Below are positions 1 to 7,675 of a stretch of DNA of 17,490 nucleotides, piece by piece. The notes under the pieces were generated by a model. That model was given only the letters and a program-made list of their open reading frames with translations, made no database searches and had not been told where the DNA came from. Position 1 is the first letter of the stretch, and each line of letters starts with the position of its first letter. The position numbers and the translations under genes were made by a program. Origin of the DNA: a bacterium (GTDB lineage: Bacteria; SZUA-182; DTGQ01; JAFGSM01); the NCBI GenBank assembly GCA_049472355.1, contig JBLIRP010000077.1, forward strand, positions 1 to 17,490. The letters run 5' to 3'.

Positions 1-5
1 ACAGT

Positions 6-3000
6 ATGTATCCGGTAAACTATGATTGGGTGGATGCTGCAGCAAACGGGGTTACGTTGACCAGTATGGATGACGACAGTTATCAGGAAATCGACATCGG
101 TTTTGATTTCAATTTTTACGGCCAGACGTATAACAGGATTGTGATCTCTTCAAACGGTTTTCTCAGTTTCAGTACTTCCGATGCATCATCATGGGATAAT
201 GAAACGGTCTTCTATAGCTGTAGTCCATCAACTTTTATCGCCCCCTTCTGGGATGATCTTTATCCTGCAGACACGGATTATATTCATTATTGGCTTGATG
301 ACAGCAGCTCACCCAGGAGATTGATCGTGGAATGGGACTCTATCAAATATTATCCTGATTATGACGTTCCCGGAGATATTGCCTTCGAGGCAATCCTCTA
401 TGAAGGAAGCGATACAATTGTCTTCCAGTACAGGGATGTCGTATTTTCAGACATGGATGATGGCTGTAGCTTTGGTCAATCCGCCACGGTTGGTTTGAGA
501 AGGTGCGTCGGCCAGGAGGAAATAACCGGCGAGGAGTATTCGTACGATAGCATCGCCGTATTCGACGGCACGGCGATATGTTTCGATCCCAGCGGTCAGA
601 CGCAACCCGAGGTGATCTATCCCAGGGTGGTTCGACACCAGCCGGGAGAAGATGCCGCGATTGACCTGGTCGGTTCAGGCATGGATCAGCTTACCGTCGA
701 GATTGTCTTTAATACGCCCATGGATCCGGGTTCGACCGGGGCTGCCTTTGTAATGACTCCTTATATTTCGGGAACCCTTGGTTGGGACTATCAGGGAAGA
801 TTGCTGAGGTTTATCTCGGATACGCTTCCGGATGATGGGCAACATTTTAGCGTAACCGTTCTTGGAAGTGCCGTGAGCGCCGATGGACACGGGTTTGACG
901 GAGACGCCGACGGGGTCATCGAAGGCTCCCCGGCGGATGATTACACATGGGGTTTTGTATGCGGAGAGCCCGGGATCTATGTGGATGCGAATAATACAAC
1001 CGGAGTCGAGGATGGGAGCCTTGAGCATCCATATACATCCATCCAGGCAGGGATCGATAATGCGGTTTCAGGAGACATCGTGACCGTGGCCCAGGGAAGT
1101 TACACCGAAGATATCGTGCTTGCGGACGGCGTAACCGTTCAGGGCTCAGGCATGGAAGCCTCATTCATTGTTGGCGGCGTATCCGGAATGAATCTGGATC
1201 ATGTGGCCATATCCGGGTTCACCATCGACGGCAGCGGTAACAGCCCCGATGATGTCGCTCCGGGTATTGATATTGAGAACGTATCGTCCATAGAGATCAG
1301 TCATTGTTGTGTCGTTAATCATCCTTCCGTGGGGATCAATTGTTTTATATTCGATTCATTGATCCTTTCTCATACTTTAATCGCCCGGAACGAATACGGA
1401 GGGATTTCGGTAGCTGAAGGGAATACAGCCTTTATTTCCAACAACCTGGTTTATGACAATGGCGCTTACGGGATCCATGTCGAATCAACGGGTTCTTCAC
1501 CGTTACAAGTCTCCATTTACAACAATACGCTTCATGGTAACGGATATAATGTCCAGCCCTGGGAACATAGCGGTATTTCGTTGCTATGGAATACAGCCGG
1601 AGTGATCCAAAACAATATCCTCAGTGAGAATATCGGGTTCGGTATCGAGGCATATCTTGATGATCCGAATGCGATCATTGTGGAATATAATGATTTCTGG
1701 AAAAATCAGGCCGGGGCGTATACGGGGGTTTGGCCGGATCCCGATACCTCCCACAATATATTCGATAACCCGGGCCTTGCATTTCAATTAGGTCCTGAAC
1801 ATCAAGCTGACTTCCGTCTTCTCCCCTACAGCGCATGTATCAATGCGGGTATCATAGTAGGGGATATCGTGGATGATTTGGAGGGTATCGAACGACCTCA
1901 CCATGGTCTCTATGATGTGGGCTGTTATGAATATGCCGATGCATACCCATTCCCCGGGGACACGACCTTGCCCCAGACGTTGGATGATTATTGTTGCTCC
2001 GGACAGCAGGTGGATCACCCTGCCCGCATTACCCTGACCGCCACGGATGACGTGAGCGGTGTGTATCACACCTATTATCACATAAACGGTGGTCCTGTTC
2101 AGGAGGGAAACACCATCATCATCAACCGGAATGGATCGGATGTCATTACCTACTGGAGTGAGGACGGGGCGGGTAATATCGAATCCGCGCACACCATAGA
2201 AGTCAACATATCGGGTTTTTCAGAGGTCATCTTCGTGGATCAGGATGCCCAGGGCGCGGCGGATGGATTATCCTGGGAGAATGCCTTTACTACCATTCAG
2301 GATGGCGTGGATGTGGCAGCCCCGTATGAACTGGAGGTATGGGTTGCGGAGGGGCGGTATGCGGAGATGATCGATCTGCATGACGGTATCCAAGTATACG
2401 GAGGATTTTCGGGCATAGAGTCCGTGCTCGATGGGCGGGATCCGGTGACACATGAAACCGTTATCGATGCCAACAACAATTGGGCCGGGGTAATGGCCGG
2501 TGACGGAAGCGGCATTGATGGGTTCACCATTACCGGTGTGCAGGCTTCCTCGGAGAGCCGGGTTGCAGGGGGTATTGTCTGTCTGGGATCATCCCCGGTC
2601 ATTTCAAACAACAAAATCATCGAAAACAATGCCTCGGGAATCTATTGCGAGAGGTCTTCCGCCTCTATTCACCAGAATCTCATCATGGATAACACGGATT
2701 TCTCCGATTTCGGCGGCGGCGGAATCAACTGCTCCTTCTACTCCTCTCCCGAAATCACCAACTGCTCCATTACCGGAAATGACGGCGGGGTCATGGGCGG
2801 CGGGATTTCATGCACCACACACTCATCGCCGCGGATCATGAATTGCGATATAAGTGGCAACACCGCCGCCTACGAGGGTGGCGGCATACACTGCGAAGAG
2901 TCTTCCCCGGCCATCGTCAATTGCACCATCACAGGGAATGCATCGACAAGCCTTGGCGGCGGAATCAACTGCTCCTTCTACTCCTCTCCCGAAATCACCA

Positions 3001-4724
3001 ATTGTTCCATTACCGGAAATAACGGCGGGGTCATGGGCGGCGGGATTTCATGCACCGAATACTCATCGCCGCGGATCATGAACTGTGACATACGGGGCAA
3101 TACCGTCACCAATGGCGGCGGAGGCATACGCTGCAAGGAGTCTTCTCCGCTCATCATCAACTGCGCCATTATAGGGAATTCATCGGCAGCCGCCTGGGGT
3201 TTTGGCGGTGGGATGTACTGTCATGTGGCCGCTTCGCCGGTCATCACCAACTGCACATTCAGTGAGAATTGGGCGGGCAACCTGGGAGGCGGCATCTATT
3301 GCGATGATCCGGATTCCACCGCCGTGATCGGCAACTGTATCCTGTGGAATGACGCACCCGGTGAGATCAACGGCGGCGGCGTCTTCCATGTGGTTTACTC
3401 CGATGTCCAGGGGGGATACGGCGACATGGGGACAAACCATTCCATCGATGCGGATCCCCTGTTTGTCGATCCCAATGCGGGCGATTTCCACCTCCAGGGT
3501 GGTTCTCCGTGTATAAACGCAGGCGCGGGGGTATGGGCCTCTGCCTTCGACAAGGAGGGCATACCGAGGCCGGTGGGTGCGGAATACGATATGGGGGCCT
3601 ACGAGTATGCGCACGCCATACTCCCCGTTCCTTCAGGGTATGCGACCATCCAGGGGGCGATCGATGCCTCGGTGGATTGGGACGTGATCCTGGTCTCCCC
3701 CGGGGTGTACACGGAGTGTATCGATCCCCTGGGGAAGGCCATAACCATAACCAGCACATCCCCGTGGGATACGAATATTGTTGAAACCACCGTCATCGAT
3801 GCGAATCAGCAGGGAAGCGTGGTCGTCTTCACGGGCGGGGAGGATGAAGATACCGTGCTGAGCGGATTCACGCTGCAAAACGGCAGGGCGGAATATGGCG
3901 GGGGGATCACGTGCAATCCCGGCACATCCCCGACCATAACCCGTTGTATCGTCACGGGCAACACCGCAACCGTATGGGGCGGAGGGATACGCATACGCTC
4001 CGCATCCCCGGCGATCGCCTACTGCACGGTGCAGGGCAACAGCGCGGAATATGGTGCGGGGATCTACTATCAAGAGTCATCATCGGGGCAGATCGCGTAT
4101 TGCGTCATCAGCAACAATACAGCCCATATCAATGCAGGGGGGATATTCTGTCATACTTCATCCCCGGTTATCACCAATTGCACGATACGCGGGAATATCG
4201 CCGAAACCGGGTACGGGGGCGGGATGCGCATAAACTCTGCATCCCCTGCGATCATCAATTGCGTGATCGTGGATAACCATGCAATCGGGGAAAACGGCAG
4301 GGCAGGGGGACTCTGTCTCTCCTCTGCATCGCCGTATATCGCCCACTGCACCATAGGGATGAATTCAGCGGCGGGCGGCGGGGGGATCTATTCTTCCAAT
4401 GAATTATCAGCTCCCTCGATAACAAGCTCCATCCTGTGGGGGGATTCTCCCGAAGAGCTGGTGCTGAACGGGAGTATTCCAACCATTACCTATTCCGACA
4501 TCGGACAGGAAGGGTATGCCGATCCTCTCTCGTACACGATCAGTGCGGATCCCCTGTTTATCGATCCGAACGGAGGGGATTTCCGTCTCCAGGAAGGCTC
4601 TCCGTGTATCGATGCGGGCAAACCCGACTCCCTGATCACGGACGACCGGGATGGCACGGTGAGACCTCGGGACGGCGATGGGGATGGCAGCGTCGTTTCG
4701 GATATGGGGGCATACGAGTACTGA
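6..4724 (+). CDS. Giant modular extracellular/surface protein (NIDO-like domain, SbsA/Big_5-type Ig-like domain, three right-handed parallel beta-helix + choice-of-anchor Q modules, one OmpL47-like Ig domain); probably 5'-truncated by the window
   Basis: 1572-aa ORF. The N-terminal 'IDIGFDFNFYGQTY..ISSNGFLSF..FIAPFWDDL' is NIDO-like and 'IVFNTPMDPGST..AF' is Ig-like. Many GGGI-x-C...SSP-x-I-x-NC-x-I-x-GN beta-helix repeats follow. Three modules end in 'DP.F.D...DF.L...SPCI.AG...D[MV]G[AC]YEY' (ending near 1934, 3608 and 4721). There is no signal peptide at ATG 6 and the frame is open upstream (AGT at 3-5), so the true start probably lies before the window. Confidence 0.85.
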   Translation: MYPVNYDWVDAAANGVTLTSMDDDSYQEIDIGFDFNFYGQTYNRIVISSNGFLSFSTSDASSWDNETVFYSCSPSTFIAPFWDDLYPADTDYIHYWLDDSSSPRRLIVEWDSIKYYPDYDVPGDIAFEAILYEGSDTIVFQYRDVVFSDMDDGCSFGQSATVGLRRCVGQEEITGEEYSYDSIAVFDGTAICFDPSGQTQPEVIYPRVVRHQPGEDAAIDLVGSGMDQLTVEIVFNTPMDPGSTGAAFVMTPYISGTLGWDYQGRLLRFISDTLPDDGQHFSVTVLGSAVSADGHGFDGDADGVIEGSPADDYTWGFVCGEPGIYVDANNTTGVEDGSLEHPYTSIQAGIDNAVSGDIVTVAQGSYTEDIVLADGVTVQGSGMEASFIVGGVSGMNLDHVAISGFTIDGSGNSPDDVAPGIDIENVSSIEISHCCVVNHPSVGINCFIFDSLILSHTLIARNEYGGISVAEGNTAFISNNLVYDNGAYGIHVESTGSSPLQVSIYNNTLHGNGYNVQPWEHSGISLLWNTAGVIQNNILSENIGFGIEAYLDDPNAIIVEYNDFWKNQAGAYTGVWPDPDTSHNIFDNPGLAFQLGPEHQADFRLLPYSACINAGIIVGDIVDDLEGIERPHHGLYDVGCYEYADAYPFPGDTTLPQTLDDYCCSGQQVDHPARITLTATDDVSGVYHTYYHINGGPVQEGNTIIINRNGSDVITYWSEDGAGNIESAHTIEVNISGFSEVIFVDQDAQGAADGLSWENAFTTIQDGVDVAAPYELEVWVAEGRYAEMIDLHDGIQVYGGFSGIESVLDGRDPVTHETVIDANNNWAGVMAGDGSGIDGFTITGVQASSESRVAGGIVCLGSSPVISNNKIIENNASGIYCERSSASIHQNLIMDNTDFSDFGGGGINCSFYSSPEITNCSITGNDGGVMGGGISCTTHSSPRIMNCDISGNTAAYEGGGIHCEESSPAIVNCTITGNASTSLGGGINCSFYSSPEITNCSITGNNGGVMGGGISCTEYSSPRIMNCDIRGNTVTNGGGGIRCKESSPLIINCAIIGNSSAAAWGFGGGMYCHVAASPVITNCTFSENWAGNLGGGIYCDDPDSTAVIGNCILWNDAPGEINGGGVFHVVYSDVQGGYGDMGTNHSIDADPLFVDPNAGDFHLQGGSPCINAGAGVWASAFDKEGIPRPVGAEYDMGAYEYAHAILPVPSGYATIQGAIDASVDWDVILVSPGVYTECIDPLGKAITITSTSPWDTNIVETTVIDANQQGSVVVFTGGEDEDTVLSGFTLQNGRAEYGGGITCNPGTSPTITRCIVTGNTATVWGGGIRIRSASPAIAYCTVQGNSAEYGAGIYYQESSSGQIAYCVISNNTAHINAGGIFCHTSSPVITNCTIRGNIAETGYGGGMRINSASPAIINCVIVDNHAIGENGRAGGLCLSSASPYIAHCTIGMNSAAGGGGIYSSNELSAPSITSSILWGDSPEELVLNGSIPTITYSDIGQEGYADPLSYTISADPLFIDPNGGDFRLQEGSPCIDAGKPDSLITDDRDGTVRPRDGDGDGSVVSDMGAYEY
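2715..3194 (+). repeat. In-frame tandem duplication, 240-nt (80-aa) unit, inside the beta-helix
   Basis: GGCGGCGGAATCAACTGCTCCTTCTACTCCTCTCCCGAAATCACCA occurs at 2715 and at 2955, exactly 240 nt apart. The copies are near-identical for about 130 nt and recognisably similar over the rest of the unit. Confidence 0.95.
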
Positions 4725-4729
4725 TCCCG

Positions 4730-4790
4730 CCTTCATCTATGCGGCACCGGTTTTCATTCGGATTTTGCAGGTGCCGTCATAGCTTGAAGG
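4730..4790. terminator. Imperfect ~20-bp inverted repeat between convergent genes (possible bidirectional terminator or RNA stability hairpin)
   Basis: CCTTCATCTATGCGGCACC (4730-4748) pairs with GGTGCCGTCATAGCTTGAAGG (4770-4790) with small bulges. There is no clear poly-U tail. Confidence 0.45.
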
Positions 4791-4843
4791 GTCTGCTCAC
4801 TGTGATGTCAATTCCGGGTCTGCAAAGGGGTTTCGAATGGAAA

Positions 4844-5131
4844 CTATGCGACCTTAGAGCGCTTGTCTATCAAAACCTTGGTGAGTTGGTAATCAATCTC
4901 CAGGTTCAGCCAGAACCGTGCGGGTATCTCAGGCATGACCTCCTCGAGTTGCAAGGCGGTCTGGGCGGTGATGGCCTTTTTTCCATGGATAATCTCATTT
5001 ATCGCGTTCAGAGGCCGTCCCATGCGTTTCGCCAATTCCTTCTGAGAAATACCCCTGGCCTCTATTTCCTCCGCCAGGTACTCACCAGGAGGGATGGCGA
5101 TATCAGGATAAGCATCAGTTTTATTCACCAT
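4844..5131 (-). CDS. higA: HigA family addiction module antidote protein (XRE-type HTH antitoxin)
   Basis: 'PPGEYLAEEIEARGISQKELAKRMG..INEIIHGKKAITAQTALQLE....ARFWLNLE..YQL' is a typical HigA/VapI signature. The start is placed at ATG 5131, behind a GGAGGA RBS and overlapping the 3' end of higB. Confidence 0.93.
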   Translation of the reverse strand: MVNKTDAYPDIAIPPGEYLAEEIEARGISQKELAKRMGRPLNAINEIIHGKKAITAQTALQLEEVMPEIPARFWLNLEIDYQLTKVLIDKRSKVA

Positions 5132-5417
5132 GGTAATCCTCCACATTTATAATGCGCACTTTGTCTTCTTTGACCTTTTCAATAATAAGCCGATAGTTCC
5201 CGGTGAGAGTCATTGAGTACTGATCGGCACGTTTGCCTTTCAAAGGATGCACGCGCAATGCCTGGTGCCCGTAAAGCTGGGTAAATTCTTCCATTGCTCT
5301 CAGAATCGCAATGCGTTGGATATACTTGCGACCGATTGGAACCCCGAATAGGCGCGTAGCCTCTGAAAGACTCACACTCGCTTTTGCCAGCCGGTTTGTC
5401 GAGAATTCAATTTCCAC
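5121..5417 (-). CDS. higB: HigB (RelE/ParE superfamily) toxin, plasmid-maintenance-killer type
   Basis: 'MEIEF....L....RIAILRA.....L......RVHPLKGKRADQYSMTLTGNYRLII......IINVEDYH' with the C-terminal DYH motif. GTG start; the toxin-first order is typical of higBA. Confidence 0.92.
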   Translation of the reverse strand: MEIEFSTNRLAKASVSLSEATRLFGVPIGRKYIQRIAILRAMEEFTQLYGHQALRVHPLKGKRADQYSMTLTGNYRLIIEKVKEDKVRIINVEDYHGE

Positions 5418-5420
5418 CCT

Positions 5421-5437
5421 TACACCCTATAGGTATA
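5421..5437. promoter_or_regulatory. Candidate HigA operator palindrome
   Basis: TACACC-N5-GGTATA (one mismatch), overlapping the perfect palindrome CCTATAGG (5426-5433), lies between the -10 box and the higB start. That is where TA autorepression operators usually sit. Confidence 0.5.
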
Positions 5438-5465
5438 ATATAGCTCAATACATTTAGCCTGTCAA
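5437..5465 (-). promoter_or_regulatory. sigma70 promoter of higBA
   Basis: The minus strand reads TTGACA (5465-5460), a 17-nt spacer, then TATATT (5442-5437), about 20 nt upstream of the higB GTG. Confidence 0.8.
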
Positions 5466-5685
5466 GCATTTCATAAGTGCGCTCACCCGGCGTGCCCGCC
5501 TTGAAATCGACATATATACACCCCTTGCAGTATATGAAGACCCGAATAATATCCTGATAAAATGACGATGTAAATAGTGGTAATGCATATCGTGGTGCCG
5601 CAGTCTGGCGATTTTCCGATCCTTGTTCACGGCATGATTAAACGTCCGTGGGGCATCGGTGTCCTGATGCGGCAACGGAGGGATA

Positions 5686-6567
5686 ATGGGACTTCGGATC
5701 AAGGTCGGGGCGGTAACGGACACCGGAAGGACCCGGGACATCAACGAGGATCACTATATCATTGCCAAGGATATGGGCCTGTTCCTGGTGGCCGACGGAT
5801 TGGGCGGTCATAATGCAGGGGAGGTTGCAAGCAGGATGGCCGGGAACGTCATCAAGGATCACCTGAATGCCGCGGATGATACCCTGGTGGGTGAGTACGA
5901 GAAGGAATTTTCCCGCAACACCAACCGGATGCTCAGCGGGATTCGGCTGGCCAATACCGCCATATACGAGGCAGGACAACACCAGTCGGAACACCGGGGC
6001 ATGGGTACGACCATTTCCTCGGTGCTCATCAATCGCGATGTCATGGCTCTCGCCCATGTGGGTGACAGCCGGATTTACCGCATACGCAAGCGACGCATCA
6101 AGCGGTTGACCAGGGATCACACCATGGTTGAGGAACAGGTGCAGCGGGGTCTCATCACCAAGGAGGAGGCGGAGCACTCCGGGCACAAAAACATCATCAC
6201 CAGGGCGCTCGGCATCGGCTCTACGATCGAGATCGATGCGGATGAAGATGTGCTGCATGATCACGACCGGATACTCCTGTGCACGGACGGCCTCACCAAT
6301 ATGGTCAGCGAGGGGGAAATACTGGACATCGTCCTCGGATACGGGGATGATCCGCAGAGGGCCTGCCGGGAACTGGTGAACAAGGCGAACGGCAATGGGG
6401 GCAGGGATAATATCACGGTCATTTTGTTGCATTACAATAAGGACGCGGAAAAGGGGAGGGGGCTTGGGAGGGCGATTCTGTCCCGAATCGGCGCAGCGAA
6501 GCAGTGGTGCCGAAGAGGCACAGGGGCAGTTCACGAGGGAAAGGGAGAACGATCATGGCGAAGGTGA
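5686..6567 (+). CDS. PP2C/PPM-family Ser/Thr protein phosphatase (Stp1/IreP/PrpC-like)
   Basis: Motifs 'TDTGRTRDINED', 'LVADGLGGHNAGEVAS', 'GMGTT', 'HVGDSRIY', 'LTRDH', 'NIITRALG', 'LLCTDGL' and 'GGRDNITV'. GGAGG RBS upstream. Confidence 0.96.
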   Translation: MGLRIKVGAVTDTGRTRDINEDHYIIAKDMGLFLVADGLGGHNAGEVASRMAGNVIKDHLNAADDTLVGEYEKEFSRNTNRMLSGIRLANTAIYEAGQHQSEHRGMGTTISSVLINRDVMALAHVGDSRIYRIRKRRIKRLTRDHTMVEEQVQRGLITKEEAEHSGHKNIITRALGIGSTIEIDADEDVLHDHDRILLCTDGLTNMVSEGEILDIVLGYGDDPQRACRELVNKANGNGGRDNITVILLHYNKDAEKGRGLGRAILSRIGAAKQWCRRGTGAVHEGKGERSWRR

Positions 6568-7286
6568 TTGTAAAATACAGGGAAGCCGCACTCAGGGAGG
6601 TTCTGTTAACCAAATCCACTATGACCATAGGCAGGGTGGAACAAAACGACATACCAATCAAGAACCTTGCGGTGTCACGCCAGCACGCTCGGATTTCAAA
6701 GGGAAAAGGGGTTTATGTTTTGGAGGATCTCGACAGCCTCAATGGCACCTTTGTCAACGACAAGAAGGTGTCCAAATACGTTCTGAAGGACGGGGATGAG
6801 ATCCTGATCGGCAAACATACCCTTGTTTTCAGCGAAAAGGCGGGCATCGGCAAGGTAATGGACCAGGATATCGACATACCCCTCACGGAAAAGACCGCCA
6901 TCCTGGATACCAAAAAGCAGCGGGAACTAGTCGCTGAACCGGCAGGAGAATCCCGGAACACACTGGAGATGCCCGAAGGGTACAAGGGCAGGATCATGTT
7001 TATTGAAGGGGGAGCGGGACAGCAGAGCATCGAGATCACCAGGCGGATCACCGTTGCAGGGAAGGGAGAGGACGCCGATCTGCGTCTGACGGGACTTTTC
7101 GTGGGTAAGCGCGCCTTCATCATCAGCAGAAGGCTTGATGGATACTTCATCACCCATTCAGGGGACGGGTGCATGACCAGGGTGAACGATAAGGAGTTGA
7201 AAGAGGAGCGGGCATTGGGCGATGGTGATGTGATCAGCGTCGGCAAAACAAAAATGAAATTCTATATACAAAAGGGGAAACCCTGA
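6555..7286 (+). CDS. Double FHA-domain protein (canonical N-terminal FHA, degenerate C-terminal FHA-like domain)
   Basis: FHA1 reads 'IGR...NDI......VSRQHARI...LEDLDSLNGTFVN...LKDGDEILIG'. The second domain reads 'AGKGEDADL...TRVN......LGDGDVISVG'. The start is placed at ATG 6555 after an AGGGAG RBS, overlapping the phosphatase 3' end. Confidence 0.92.
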   Translation: MAKVIVKYREAALREVLLTKSTMTIGRVEQNDIPIKNLAVSRQHARISKGKGVYVLEDLDSLNGTFVNDKKVSKYVLKDGDEILIGKHTLVFSEKAGIGKVMDQDIDIPLTEKTAILDTKKQRELVAEPAGESRNTLEMPEGYKGRIMFIEGGAGQQSIEITRRITVAGKGEDADLRLTGLFVGKRAFIISRRLDGYFITHSGDGCMTRVNDKELKEERALGDGDVISVGKTKMKFYIQKGKP

Positions 7287-7618
7287 CATCTCTATTCATT
7301 AAGTGCAATGCCGGAATTGACGGGGCCGCAACAGGCCCTCTTGGATCAAAAGACTGATCATATCCTGAAACTATCCCCCATTAAAAGTAGACTCTATGCC
7401 GGATGTTTCCCGGTGATTCCGACCCTTTTACAAGACCCTGGAAATTGAAATTGCCGACCTGTTGACCTGATTCATGGGTGGGACAAGGGCCTTCCCTCGA
7501 ATACCCTGGAAGTGTACCCAATAGCCTGAATTATTATGAAATTCCAGCCGAAGAATACATTAGGATTCCACGGTGGTGGTGTCCGAGAAAGCCGGTGCCC
7601 CTGGCGGGGGAAGGGCAT

Positions 7619-7627
7619 TGGTATAAT
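7619..7627 (+). promoter_or_regulatory. Extended -10 promoter element upstream of the kinase gene
   Basis: TG-G-TATAAT at 7619-7627, about 50 nt upstream of ATG 7676. GGAGG at 7656-7660 is rather far from the ATG. Confidence 0.5.
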
Positions 7628-7675
7628 CACTATACACTGTATCTTCATTGAACATGGAGGATCCTGCTTTACGTC

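Noticed and set aside
2715..3194. Near-identical repeat pair as a DGR template/variable repeat
   Set aside because: The differences are not adenine-specific (many are C/T), both copies are in-frame tandem within one CDS, and there is no reverse transcriptase in the window.
4830..4844. GTTTCGAATGGAAAC resembling CRISPR repeat ends or a tRNA T-loop
   Set aside because: It is a single 15-nt occurrence, with no array and no cloverleaf.
4436..5152. 238-aa + strand ORF
   Set aside because: It overlaps the giant CDS out of frame and higA antisense, and has no recognisable motifs.
4725..5685. higBA as an integron gene cassette
   Set aside because: I found no recognisable attC (RYYYAAC...GTTRRRY) ends and no integrase.
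5638..6534. 298-aa minus-strand ORF (and similar antisense ORFs at 6713-7246, 7751-8290, 10935-11738, 13556-14419)
   Set aside because: These are shadow ORFs opposite well-supported genes, as expected in GC-rich coding DNA.
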